DNA from: Alphaproteobacteria bacterium
GTDB lineage: Bacteria > Pseudomonadota > Alphaproteobacteria > JAAXGF01
Assembly: GCA_963555825.3 (NCBI GenBank)
Contig: CAUVXB020000002.1
Coordinates: 1,888,001 to 1,952,000, forward strand
Direction of reading: 5' to 3'
DNA: 64,000 bases
The position numbers and the translations under genes were made by a program. The notes beneath the pieces were generated by a model that was not told the DNA's origin, ran no database searches, and saw only the letters and a list, made by a program, of their open reading frames with translations. Shown piece by piece: positions 10,206 through 20,680 of this stretch. Positions within the stretch are counted from its first letter, which is position 1; every line of letters starts with the position of its first letter.

Positions 10206-11156
10206 ATGGGCCGCAGCGACCTCTATCCCGAGATCGAACCCTACCAGACCGGCCGGCTCGTGGTCGACGACCGCCATAGCCTCTATTGGGAGCAGTCGGG
10301 CAATCCCGACGGCGTGCCGGTGGTCTTTCTGCACGGCGGCCCGGGCGCTGGCGCGTCGGGCGCGCAGCGGCGCTTCTTCGACCCGGCGCATTACCGCATC
10401 GTCATCTTCGACCAGCGCGGCGCCGGACGCTCGACGCCGCTCGGCGAGCTGATCGACAACACCACGGGCCATCTCATCGCCGATATCGAACGGCTGCGCG
10501 AGACGCTCGGCATCGAGCGCTGGATCGTGTTCGGCGGTTCGTGGGGCTCGACGCTGGCGATCGCCTACGCCGAGCACCACGCCGAACGCTGCATGGCGCT
10601 GGCGCTGCGCGGCATCTTCCTGTGCCGGCGTTCCGAGATCGACTGGTTCCTCAACGGCATGAGAACCGTGTTCCCGGCCGAATGGGCTACGCTCGTCGGC
10701 TATCTGCCCGCGGCCGAACGGGGCGACATATTAGGCGGCTACCACCGTCGCCTGATCGACCCCGACCCGGCGGTGCACATGCCGGCGGCGCGTGTCTGGT
10801 CGGGCTACGAGGCGTCGTGTTCGACGCTGTTGCCCGACCCGGCGCTGGTCGCGTCGTTCCAGACCGACGTTATGGCGCTGGGCGTCGCCCGCCTCGAGGC
10901 GCATTACTTCATGAACGACATCTTCCTGCCGCCGGGTTCGCTGTTGGCCAACGCCGACAAGCTGCGCGGCATCCCCGGCTTCATGGTGCAGGGGCGCTAC
11001 GACATGGTGTGTCCGATCGTCACCGCAGAGGAACTCCACACCGTCTGGCCCGAGGCCGCGTACCGGATCATCGACGACGCCGGCCATTGGGCGTTCGAGC
11101 CCGGCATCCGAGCAGCGCTGGTCGAGGCGATGGAAGGCTTCAAAACGCTCGCGTGA
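10206..11156 (+). CDS. pip: Proline iminopeptidase
   Basis: LHGGPGAG, FDQRGAGRS, GGSWGSTL, QGRYDMVCP, AGH motifs. Confidence 0.95.
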   Translation: MGRSDLYPEIEPYQTGRLVVDDRHSLYWEQSGNPDGVPVVFLHGGPGAGASGAQRRFFDPAHYRIVIFDQRGAGRSTPLGELIDNTTGHLIADIERLRETLGIERWIVFGGSWGSTLAIAYAEHHAERCMALALRGIFLCRRSEIDWFLNGMRTVFPAEWATLVGYLPAAERGDILGGYHRRLIDPDPAVHMPAARVWSGYEASCSTLLPDPALVASFQTDVMALGVARLEAHYFMNDIFLPPGSLLANADKLRGIPGFMVQGRYDMVCPIVTAEELHTVWPEAAYRIIDDAGHWAFEPGIRAALVEAMEGFKTLA

Positions 11157-11229
11157 CCGGGGTCTGGGGCCTTGCGCCGATAAAGAATTGCCCTACACTC
11201 GGCGGCTCGTCAGCTACCGGGGATTGGAC

Positions 11230-11721
11230 GTGCGACAGATTGCCAGCCTGATAACGGCCGTGGCGCTCGCGTGGGGCGCCGGCGCCGAAACCACCCGCGC
11301 CGACGAACCCGCCTTCTTCGCGGCGAGCGCCGGCGGTTTCGACGTCAACGACGACGACACCTCGGCCGAATTCCGCCTCGAATACCGTTCGGACTACCGC
11401 CTGTGGCACGTCGGCCCGATGTTTGGGCTGATGGCCAACGCCGACGGCGGCGTCTACGGCTACGGCGGCGTCTTCCTCGACATCTTCTTCGGCAAGAACT
11501 GGGTGCTCATGCCGAACGCCGCGGTCGGCGCCTATCGCGAGGGCAGCTCGAAGGACCTCGGCAGTATCCTGGAGTTCCGCACCGGCGCCGAGTTCGCCTA
11601 TCGCTTCGCGGACAAGTCGCGTCTCGGCATCGCCTTCCAGCATATCTCGAATGCCGGTCTCGCCCACAAGAATCCGGGCACCGGATCGGTGGTCCTGACC
11701 TACGCCATCCCGTTCAACTAA
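11230..11721 (+). CDS. Acyloxyacyl hydrolase / PagL-like outer membrane beta-barrel
   Basis: Signal peptide, DLG..LEFR, HISNAG and NPG motifs. Confidence 0.8.
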   Translation: MRQIASLITAVALAWGAGAETTRADEPAFFAASAGGFDVNDDDTSAEFRLEYRSDYRLWHVGPMFGLMANADGGVYGYGGVFLDIFFGKNWVLMPNAAVGAYREGSSKDLGSILEFRTGAEFAYRFADKSRLGIAFQHISNAGLAHKNPGTGSVVLTYAIPFN

Positions 11722-11730
11722 GCCGCACGC

Positions 11731-11827
11731 GCCGGCCGAACGATCGGCGGATCCCCCTCTTGACGCGATAAGGTTGGCGCGCGCTGGGATAATTCGACGA
11801 ATTCCAATCGACAGGATTATGCTCTAG
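11731..11827. repeat. Palindromic intergenic repeat family, copy C (partial)
   Basis: GGCCGAACGATCGGCGG..CCCCTCTTG..TAAGGTTGGCGCG..CCAATCGA..GGATTATGCTCTAG matches copies D and E. Confidence 0.7.
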
Positions 11828-11838
11828 AAAGGCTGGAC

Positions 11839-11877
11839 GCGCCCGTAGCTCAGCAGGATAGAGGACTTGATTCCTAA
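11839..11877 (+). pseudogene. 5' half of a tRNA-Arg(CCT), truncated after the anticodon loop
   Basis: GCGCCCGTAGCTCAGCAGGATAGAG...TTCCTAA followed by AT-rich non-tRNA sequence. Confidence 0.7.
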
Positions 11878-11965
11878 TCTAACAGTCTATAGCATTTAAC
11901 ATGTTGTTTATAAAAGAAATATGTTTTCCAATTCGCGGTAAGAACCGTGTAGCAAACCGTATTGT

Positions 11966-12042
11966 GCGCCCGTAGCTCAGCCGGATAGAGCACCGGTTTC
12001 CTAAACCGGGGGTCGTGGGTTCGAGTCCCTCCGGGCGCGCCA
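11966..12042 (+). tRNA. tRNA-Arg(CCT)
   Basis: Cloverleaf with CCGGT-TTCCTAA-ACCGG anticodon arm, GGTTCGAGTCC T arm, encoded CCA. Confidence 0.95.
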
Positions 12043-12430
12043 TTAAAACAAGGGCTTAGCTGAAATTTGCCAGGCCCTTGTTCTTGTGAGTTTGCCAATT
12101 AGTGGCCTTGGAAAGGGGCTTTCATTCATCTTTTTCCGGATCGGATGATGCGCCGCGGTTGTTCTCCATACTCTGTGCAGTAGATTCGCTCCTTCCCTAC
12201 CATCGCATTTGTTGCAGTTATGGCTGTGCCGATCATCGCGTTCATCCCGATGGGCCCCAACTCACGTCAACTATACTGCTCCCGCCGCGACTCGGCGTCG
12301 CGCTTCTAGCGTCATTGGGGATGTCAAATTCTAAGCCAAAAGACCCGCAATCGACCGTTCAAGGCCGTATATGAAACAGGACATGGACCCTATGCAGGCA
12401 AGATATGTCCAAAGCAATTGCCATCGAGTA

Positions 12431-15085
12431 TATGCTGCGCCCCGTTTTTCGGACCACGGTTTAAGATAAGTCTGTCTCCTTCTTTCGGGGAAGGATTGAA
12501 GGATGACGAGGGTTCGCAAGACGCATGGCGAAGGTTTCAAATTCAAGGTGGCGCTGGCGGCGTTGAAGGGAGACCGGACGCTTGGGGAGCTGAGCCGGGA
12601 GTATGCGGTTTCGGTTGGCGCGATCCAGAAGTGGCGTGACCAGTTGGAATGTGGGGGCAAGTGAGGTGGTCCCACTTTGTTGGACAGTTTGGCAGCGCGG
12701 TTAAGGTGTATTCCGTTGTTTGATCATGCTGCCAAAATCCTTTTTATCACATCCTGTTGCTGTTGTTGAGCCTGTGGGGATGTGGGCAAGGCGCGAGCCT
12801 TGTCCATCATATCCACAGGTTGACCGGCCCCGTAGGCCTCGGCCGGCGTTTGACCGTCGAGGGACGAATGGGGCCGCTCGGTGTTGTAGAAGCCGATCCA
12901 CTCGCCGATGACCCGTTCGGCGTGGAAGCCGTCGGTGAGCTCGTGTAGGTAGACCGCCTCATACTTGAGAGACCGCCACAGGCGCTCGATGAAGATGTTG
13001 TCCATGCAGCGGCCCCGACCGTCCATGGAGATGCGGATGCTCGCGTTCTTGAGCACGCCGGTGAAGTCGAGGCTGGTGAACTGGCTGCCCTGATCCGTAT
13101 TGAATATCTCCGGCTGGCCGTAGCGGGCCAGCGCGTCGCCCAAGGCCTCGGCGCAGAATCCAGCGTCCATGGTGTTCGACAGCCGCCAGGATAAAACGTG
13201 GCGCGTCGCCCAGTCCATGATCGCTACCAGGTACAGAAAGCCACGCTGGACGGGGATATAGGTGATGTCGGCGCACCAGACCCGATTGGGCTGGTCGATA
13301 GCCATCCCTTTGAGAAGATAAGGATAAATCCGGTGCATGGGATGCGGCACGCTGGTTCTCGGCGCCTGATAGATCGCCTCCAGGCCTATCAATCGCATCA
13401 ACCTGCGAACCCGGTGACGGCCGACGCAAACGCCGTCCCGCCGCAACTGGCGGACCATCTGGCGGCTGCCGTAGAACGGGTACTTCATGAACAACTCGTC
13501 GATCCGACGCATCAGCGCCAGACTCGAAGGGCTCTCCCCCCTGGGCGCATAATAGAACGAGGACCGGCCGATCGAAAGCAGGCGGCATTGACGGCTCAAG
13601 CTCAGCTCGGGGGCGTCGCGTGTGATCATCGCCTTGCGCTCCCCCCGGCTCATCGCTTGAGCCCTCTGGCTAAAAAATCCCGTTCCACCGTCAGCTCGCC
13701 GATCTTGGCGTGAAGGTCGCGGACCTCGGATTCATGATCCCGGCAAGCGCGGTTGGCGCCGTTCGAAAACACTTCGCCCAGACCGTCCACCGCCTGGCGC
13801 TTCCAGGCGCTCACCTGGTTCGGATGCACCTTGTGCTTGGCCGCGATCTGCTGGATCGTCTTGTCGCCCCGCAGCGCTTCCAGCGCCACCCGGGCCTTGA
13901 ATTCCGCCGTAAACCGGCGTCGATTCGTCATCTCGTATTCCTCCGTTATCCGGTGGAATACACCTTAGCTCCCTGTCCGATTTTCTGGGACCACCTCAAA
14001 GAGCCTTTTCGCCGACAAGCGCCGCCGGTCGGGGACGGCGGATGAGCGGACCATCGCCAAGTTGCATGAGAAGATCGGCGAGTTGACGATGGAGCGCGAC
14101 TTCTTAAAAAAAGCATTGGAGAGCTGAGCCGTGACAAAAGAAAAGCACTTCTCCGGCGCGAAGGTGGCGACTTGAGCCTGCGCCGCCAATGCGCCCTTTT
14201 GGATATCAACCGCAGCACGGTGTACTACCGGCGGCGTTCCGGGACGGATGACGAGGTCGACATGATGAACCGCATCCGGGACATCTGGGAGGCCCGTCCG
14301 TTCTACGGCTACCGCAAGATCGCCGAGGTCTTGCGCCGCGCCGGCCATGTCGTCAACCACAAGCGGGTGCGCCGCCTGATGAAGGCGATGGGGATCGCGG
14401 CGTTGTACGCCACGCCCAAGACCAGCCGCCCGGGGCGGGACCACGTTGTCCATCCTTATCTTCTGCAGGATCTGGACATTGTCCGCCCCGGTCAGGTCTG
14501 GCAGGTGGACATCACTTACATCAAGTTGCCGGTGGGCTTCGCTTATTTGGTGGCGCTGATCGATGTTTACAGCCGCCGGATCATGGGCTGGCGCCTGTCC
14601 AACTCGATGAGCCGGACGTTCTGTCTCGAGGCGCTGGAGGATGCGCTTGCCCAAGGGGTTGCGGACATCGTCAACTCGGACCAGGGGGCGCAGTTCACGG
14701 CCAAGGACTGGGTATCGGCGCTGGAGGACTGCGGCATTCGGGTTTCCATGGACGGCAAAGGGCGTTGCCTGGACAACATCTTCATTGAGCGCTTCTGGCG
14801 CTCGATCAAATACGAGGAAGTCTATCTCCGGGTCTATGAGAGCCTGCCCGAGGCGCGGCGCTGCATCGGCGCCTACATCGACTTCTACAACAGCCAGAGA
14901 CCGCACCAGTCGCTGGATTACAATACGCCCGACGAGGTTTATTTCGAAGGCGGCCACCGGCCCGTGGATATGATGGATAAGCCTGACGGCTTACCCACAT
15001 CCCCACAGGCGCAACAACAGCAATCAGGAGACAAAAATTATCTTAAACAGGCCGCATAATGGTCTGGACAACGGGGCGCACTTTA
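12431..15085 (+). mobile_element. IS3-family element (outer), interrupted by a second IS3
   Basis: IRs TATGCTGCGCCCCGTTTTTCGGACCA / TGGTCTGGACAACGGGGCGCACTTTA; GTA duplication; orfA 12503-12661 + 14002-14127; A-run slippage site near 14106; orfB 14172-15059 with DDE. Confidence 0.92.
12662..13998 (-). mobile_element. IS3-family element (inner)
   Basis: TGAGGTGGTCCCA...TGGGACCACCTCA ends, AAG duplication, orfA 13650-13931, orfB 12724-13653 (WCADITYI, NTDQGSQF, IERLWRSLKYE). Confidence 0.95.
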
Positions 15086-15519
15086 GTAGGTGGATGCTTA
15101 TCCATAAATTCGATTTGGCCTCCATCTTCTTTCATCTTCTGAAATTGCGAACGTTTCCAGCGAAGGTACCAAACTCGAAATTCCGCCCAACCGAATCGAT
15201 AAACGGTATAAATGACCATAATGGTCAAACCGACGCTAAATGAAATCAGCGCGACGAACGGCTCGATCCCCTCCGTGGCGTCAACTTGGCGAGCACCGAT
15301 GTATGCCGCGACCGTGACAGCACCACCAGCATTCACCAAAGTTAGAGACCTCAATGCGTGAGCCACCCACTCCAAGCGATCAGCGTGCCGAGCGCTGAGA
15401 GCATCGTTTAAAGAGCTATTGTCAAAAGTTGTGTATGGGCTGATCATGCGGCGGCGCGATCCTGGCGTTCTCCATCTACGAATTTGACGCCGCGAATGAT
15501 CTCGGCGAGATGGTTCGAT

Positions 15520-16939
15520 TGAGTCGGACCCGATTTCCTTGGACACAGAATTGGCTTAATCGAAGTGTCCAAGGAGGACCGGAACATGACCGACAATTTT
15601 GAGAACAAAGTTGCTGTTGATGGGCCTGTGGTAAACGAGGGCGAGCTTGGCTCGTCCACGTTTTCCCCGGGCCAGGTTTCGCCGGCAGGCCCGCTGGGAC
15701 TTGGCCAGCGGTGGACGGTGACGCGCAAGCGTGAGGTTGCCCTGCGGCTTTTGCGTGGCGAGCCGGTGGAACTTTTGTCGCGGCAGTTGGGCGTGGAGAT
15801 TTTCCGGCTCGAGCAGTGGCGTGAGAAGGCGATCGCCGGGATCGATGCCTCGCTCAAGGAACGCAAGGGCGATCCGGTGAAGGCGGAACTGGACATCGCC
15901 ATGAAGCGGATCGGGGAGTTGATCATGCAGGTGGAACTGCTGGAGGCCAAGACGGAGACGTCCGGCCCTTTGGGGCGGCGGAGGTCGCGGCGATGAGTGC
16001 CGCCACCTCTCCCGGCACGGGTTTGGCCTACGGCCTCCAGCGGGTCTGTGCGGCCTGGGGTTTTGCCCGTTCCTCGTTCTACGCCATGAAATCCCGGCAG
16101 CAGGCCACCGCTGAGCGCCCACCAGCAAAGCGCCGGGGACCGAAGCCCTCGATCTCGGACGAGGCTCTGCTGGTGGCCATCGAGGCCGACCTGGAGGCAT
16201 CCCCCTGGGAGGGCGAGGGACACCGCAAGGTCTGGGCTCGGCTTCGGGTCTGTCGTGGCATCCGTGTTTCCCGCAAGCGGGTGCTCCGGGTGATGCGCGA
16301 GAACAACCTGCTCTCGCCCCATCGCTGCCGCCGCCGTGGCGGAAATCCCCATGTCGGTGAGATCATCACCCATGCCCCCAACCTCATGTGGGGCACGGAC
16401 GGCGTTCGGGTGTTCACGGTGGACGACGGCTGGGGCTGGATATTCACCGCCATCGAGCATTGGAACGCCGAGTGCGTCGGCTGGCATGTGTGCAAGCGAG
16501 GCGACCGCTTCGCCGCCCTTCAGCCGATCTCCATGGGGCTTGCGAGGCTGTATGCCTCGACCTCCGCCGGTGCGGCGCGGGGGCTGGCCTTGCGGATGGA
16601 TCACGGCTCCCAGTATCTGTCGGACCACTTCACCAACCAGATCAAGTTCTGGGGCATCCAGCCGTCCTACGCCTTCGTCGAACAGCCCCAGACCAACGGC
16701 GTCGCCGAGAGGTTCAATCGCACGCTCAAGGAACAGATCATCCATGGCCGCATCTACCGCAACATCGCGGAGCTGCGGAACGCCGTCCGCGGGTTCGTCG
16801 AACAGTACAATGCCCAGTGGATCGTGGAGAAGAACGGCTACCTGAGCCCCGCTCAAGCTCGTCAGGCGTGGCACACCGCGATGTCACTCAGGCCCGCCGC
16901 ATGAGACAAACTTGTGTCCAAGGAACCGGGTGCGATACA
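15520..16939 (+). mobile_element. IS3/IS481-superfamily element copy 1 (orfA 15565-15996, orfB 15993-16904)
   Basis: TG...CA ends with IR core TCCTTGGACACA; rve-type DDE (WGTDG, MDHGSQY, AERFNRTLKE); 15-bp flanking direct repeat with one mismatch. Confidence 0.9.
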
Positions 16940-18211
16940 GCGAGATGATTCGATCCATCGAGTTTTCTCCATTTTCTCTGAGCGCACTGGCATAGTTTGA
17001 AGACCATGGCCATCGCCGTCTTGCGCGACAGGCAGCCCTTGGTCCGGTAGGTGCGCAGACGAACCGTGGCGAACGTGCTCTCGATGGGGTTGGTCGTGCG
17101 TACATGCTTCCAGTGCTCGGCGGGGAAGTCGTAGAACGTCAGCAGGACGTCGCGGTCCTTGGCCAGGCAGGCCGCGGCCTTGTCGTACTTCGGCCCGTAG
17201 GCTTCCAGGAAGAAGTCGAAGGCGCTCTCGGCATCCTTCCTGGTTTCGGCCATCCAGATGTCTTGCAGGCGCCCCTTGGCTTTCTTTTGCAGACCCTTGG
17301 GCAGCTTGTTCAAGACGTTGCCCGTCTTGTGAACCCAGCAGCGTTGCTCGCGGGCGCCTGGGTAGACTTGGCGGAGCGCCTTCCAGAAGCCGAGCGCGCC
17401 GTCGCCGAGCGCCAGTTGCGGACCCATTTCAAGGCCGCGCCGCTTGAGATCGAGCAGAACTTCGAGCCAGGACTGCTCACTTTCGCGATAGCCGTCGGCG
17501 ATGGCGATCAGTTCCTTCTGTCCCTTGTCCGTGGCCCCGACGATCACCAGGATGCACTGCTTCTCTTCCTCCATGCGGGCGCTGAAATAGATGCCGTCCA
17601 CCCAGAAATAGACGTAGCGCTTGGCCGTGAGGTCGCGCCGTTGCCAGCGCTCCGCCTCAACCCCCCAGACCTCTTTCAGCCGGGTGATCGTGGAGGCCGA
17701 AAGCCCCGGCGCGGAGCTCCCCAGGAGCGCCGCCAAGGCTTCCCCGAAGTCGCCGGTGGAAATGCCCTTCAGATACAGCCATGGCAAAAGGTCTTCCAGG
17801 CTCTTGGCGCGGCGCAGATAGCGCGGCAGGATCGCCGACGTGAAGCGGATGGCGCCGTCCCCCCGGTCCCGCACACGGGGTTGGCGCACGCTCACCGGGC
17901 CGATCCCGGTCTGGATGAAGCGTTCCGGCAGATATCCATTGCGGACAACCCGGCGGCGGCCGGCGGCGTCAACAAGCGCCGCATGGCTACCCAAAAACAC
18001 GGAGACCTCGGCCTCAACGGCTTGGGCCAACAACTCGCGAGCTCCAGCTTGTAGGACTTCCGTCAACGGATCTTTCTGAAAATCAGATGGGTTTTGAAAA
18101 GCAACAACGGTATTCTCTTTCATGGCGTATCCTTCCTTGGCTTAGCTCAAGTGGTGACATCAACAATCACCAGGATACGCCGCCTTCATTTCAACGCCGT
18201 ACACAAGATTC

Positions 18212-20012
18212 GACGGGGCGGTAAAAAGTTGTTGGCCGATGGCGTGCTTGTACAGGTCTTTGCGGTTCGGTGAAGAATATTTGCCTGTCTCCGCGTTGCT
18301 GGTGGATAAAACCTGATATTACCTACCCTTGGCTTCTCCTTGGCTTCGTTTTTTATGGTGCGATTGCCGCGCAGCGTCGGATATTGAGGCCGAGGGCACG
18401 CAGATTGACCACGTAGCGCATGGCCGGCATGCCGCGAATGCGTAGGTGAGCCAGGTTCATCTGGTACTTTAATCGCGACATGGTCGCTTCTATGCCGGCC
18501 CGCCATCTGTAGACGTTGCGGAAGGCATCGCTTTGTTCATAAAGCCGGCGCTTTTGGTTGGCAGCCCTGGCCGGGGTATATTGAAAGCGGGAAAATTGGC
18601 CGTCACGCTTGGCCGCCTGCACGGGACATCGCAGTATATCGGGACATTTTTGGCAGATGGAGAGGTCGAAACGGGCCTGCAGCTTGGCTTTGGCGAGCGA
18701 GGCTGAAACCGGTTCGACGTTATTGGGACAGCGCAAGACCAAGCCTTCTTCGTTGAGAGTGAAATCCTCCAACGTCAACCGTCCCGAGACGGCGCCTTTC
18801 GGCGGTCGTGCGGGCGCCACGAGATTGATGTTCTGTTCGCGCGTCAGAGCCATGTTGTCACTGGAACCGTAATGTGAATCACCCAGCATCACCGCCGGCG
18901 TCAGCGCGCGCTCGCTCAGATCATCCAGCGCATCGGCTAAGCGATGGCCGTCATGCACCGTCATCTTGTGGACCTCCACGTGGGTGATGAGGTCCGGTGT
19001 CGCGGCAACCGCCTCGTTACTGACATCTTCACAATAGGTTTCGACGATCTGCGCCATGTATCCTTGACCCTTGTGCGCGTTGTAGCTCGCGTCCGGGTCG
19101 GCCGGATTGCCGACGGTATCGCACGGCACATCCTTTGGATCTCGAATCGCGGCGCGCGTTGCGTCACGATCGCCATACTCATCATCAACGATCTCGAACT
19201 GATCGCGCAGAACCCTCTCCAGGATCGCAAAACTGAAAAGCTTTGCCGCCGCCGTGTCACGGAATTGCAGCACCAGGGCTAGGAGATACTGACCCGCTTC
19301 GCCGAGGCGCCGTTTTGAAACACTCGGCGCCGTATTCGCGAACGCGCCATTACCCTCGCGATCGACATAGCGGCGGATCACCTCCTTGCTGATCTGCTCG
19401 TGCAGACCGGGATGATATCGCTCAAGCTCACGGGCAAACTTCGAGATGCTCTCAACAACGATACCAAGTCGTGTCAGCGCCCGCATTGCCGAACGAAGGG
19501 CCGTCGAATCCATGCGTTGGTGGCTGGTATCGACAGAGAACCCCTGCACCAGCCGATCCGTCAAACACCGGAACAGCAATTCATCGAGACCTTGTTCGAT
19601 AAACAGACGGCGATAGTTGCGCAGGGTTTTCTCACAGAAATAGCTGTCCGCTTCGCTGCGCACGTCCAAGGCATAGTGCCACGCCATATTGAAGGCCAGG
19701 GCCTCGACGGTCTCTGCATCGCTCAGATCGTGCAGCTGCTGCAAAAGCAAGACCCCGATGACAACGTGTAGATCCTTCGATGGTCGGCCCATGCGTTCAT
19801 CAAGGTGACGGCAAAGATCGTCAACCGGAAGTTCGACAAGCAGATGGTTCCGAAAAACCCCGGCCCAGGATTGCTCCATCAGGCGCCGACGTTTGTCCCC
19901 GAAATCGGACCAGCGATCAAACAATTCCCCAGTCCGTCGGTCGCGTAAAGTAAACATGCACAATTATAATCCAGCCGACTCTCATGAGGAATCGACTTTT
20001 TACCGCCCCGTC
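18212..20012 (-). mobile_element. IS1182-like element copy 1 (536-aa transposase 18353-19963), inserted in IS256 IRL
   Basis: IR GACGGGGCGGTAAAAAGT; 7-bp TSD AAGATTC; GRPS...LLQQLHDLSD (DUF772-like) and Y.WRAGIEATMSRLK motifs. Confidence 0.9.
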
Positions 20013-20120
20013 AAGATTCGGTTATAGCTCTCGTTTAAATAGCCTCGAGCGTTGATTATGTCTCTGTCATCATGAGTACGGTCGAATTTCGCCTTGAGGA
20101 AGCTTCCCTCGTTCAAATTG

Positions 20121-20180
20121 TGGCGCGGCGGAAGGACTCGAATCCCCGACTACTCCCTCTACCAACTGGACTACGGAGGC
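20121..20180 (-). pseudogene. Degenerate tRNA-like remnant lacking an anticodon arm
   Basis: Minus strand GCCTCCGTAGTCCAGTTGGTAGAG...GTCGGGGATTCGAGTCCTTCCGCCGCGCCA has D-arm-like, T-arm-like and CCA elements. Confidence 0.4.
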
Positions 20181-20227
20181 TCGCACCCCGTGCGCCACGA
20201 GTCGAGCGCTCCGACCTTCAGGCAGCA

Positions 20228-20518
20228 CTACGACGTCGACGGAAAGAACCAGGCTAGCGCCCACCCGAGGAGCGCGCCAAGAATTACAAGGACAGCGTCT
20301 TTCCCGATCTCTCGCGCCCACGACCACTTGCGCGCGGCTAATCGCTTGTCGTGGAGAGACTCAGTTACCATGATTCGCGCCCGTCGCGTCCACGCTTGAA
20401 TCTCGTGGAGTCGCCTTTCGTCGTCGACCCAGTGGGGCGTCTCGTCGAGCTGGAACTCAAGCATTTGAACGAACCACTCCAGGTCGTCGAGAGAAGCCCG
20501 CTCGATTACCGCACCCAT
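20228..20518 (-). CDS. Hypothetical protein with C-terminal transmembrane helix
   Basis: AAGGAG before ATG; hydrophobic tail AVLVILGALLGWALAWFF. Confidence 0.5.
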   Translation of the reverse strand: MGAVIERASLDDLEWFVQMLEFQLDETPHWVDDERRLHEIQAWTRRARIMVTESLHDKRLAARKWSWAREIGKDAVLVILGALLGWALAWFFPSTS

Positions 20519-20680
20519 CTCCTTGTTGCCTTGAAGCCGGGCCGCTTGCAGCAGCGCTGTCCGTCCCGGTGGTCGACCGGTCATCTATCGTTCCTCAAAT
20601 GCGAACCTGCGCGTTCATGATATCATTGCCGACGTAATGAACAGTCTGTTTGATAATGCGGTGCAGTCTATACAGCTGGG

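Larger units (their letters stand above)
15413..20030 (-). mobile_element. IS256-family element copy 1 (transposase start 18123; interrupted by an IS3-like and an IS1182-like element)
   Basis: Ends GAGCTATTGTC / GGTTATAGCTC, 9-bp TSD TCGTTTAAA (15404-15412, 20031-20039); mutator-type motifs RNGY, YFWVDG, QRCWVHK, RTTNPIES. Confidence 0.95.
12331..20116 (-). pseudogene. Reconstructed ~166-aa 3-TM membrane protein split by nested IS
   Basis: Segments 20116-20040, 15412-15086 and 12427-12331 join in frame after removing IS256 (TSD TCGTTTAAA) and IS3 (TSD GTA); TTG start inferred. Confidence 0.75.
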
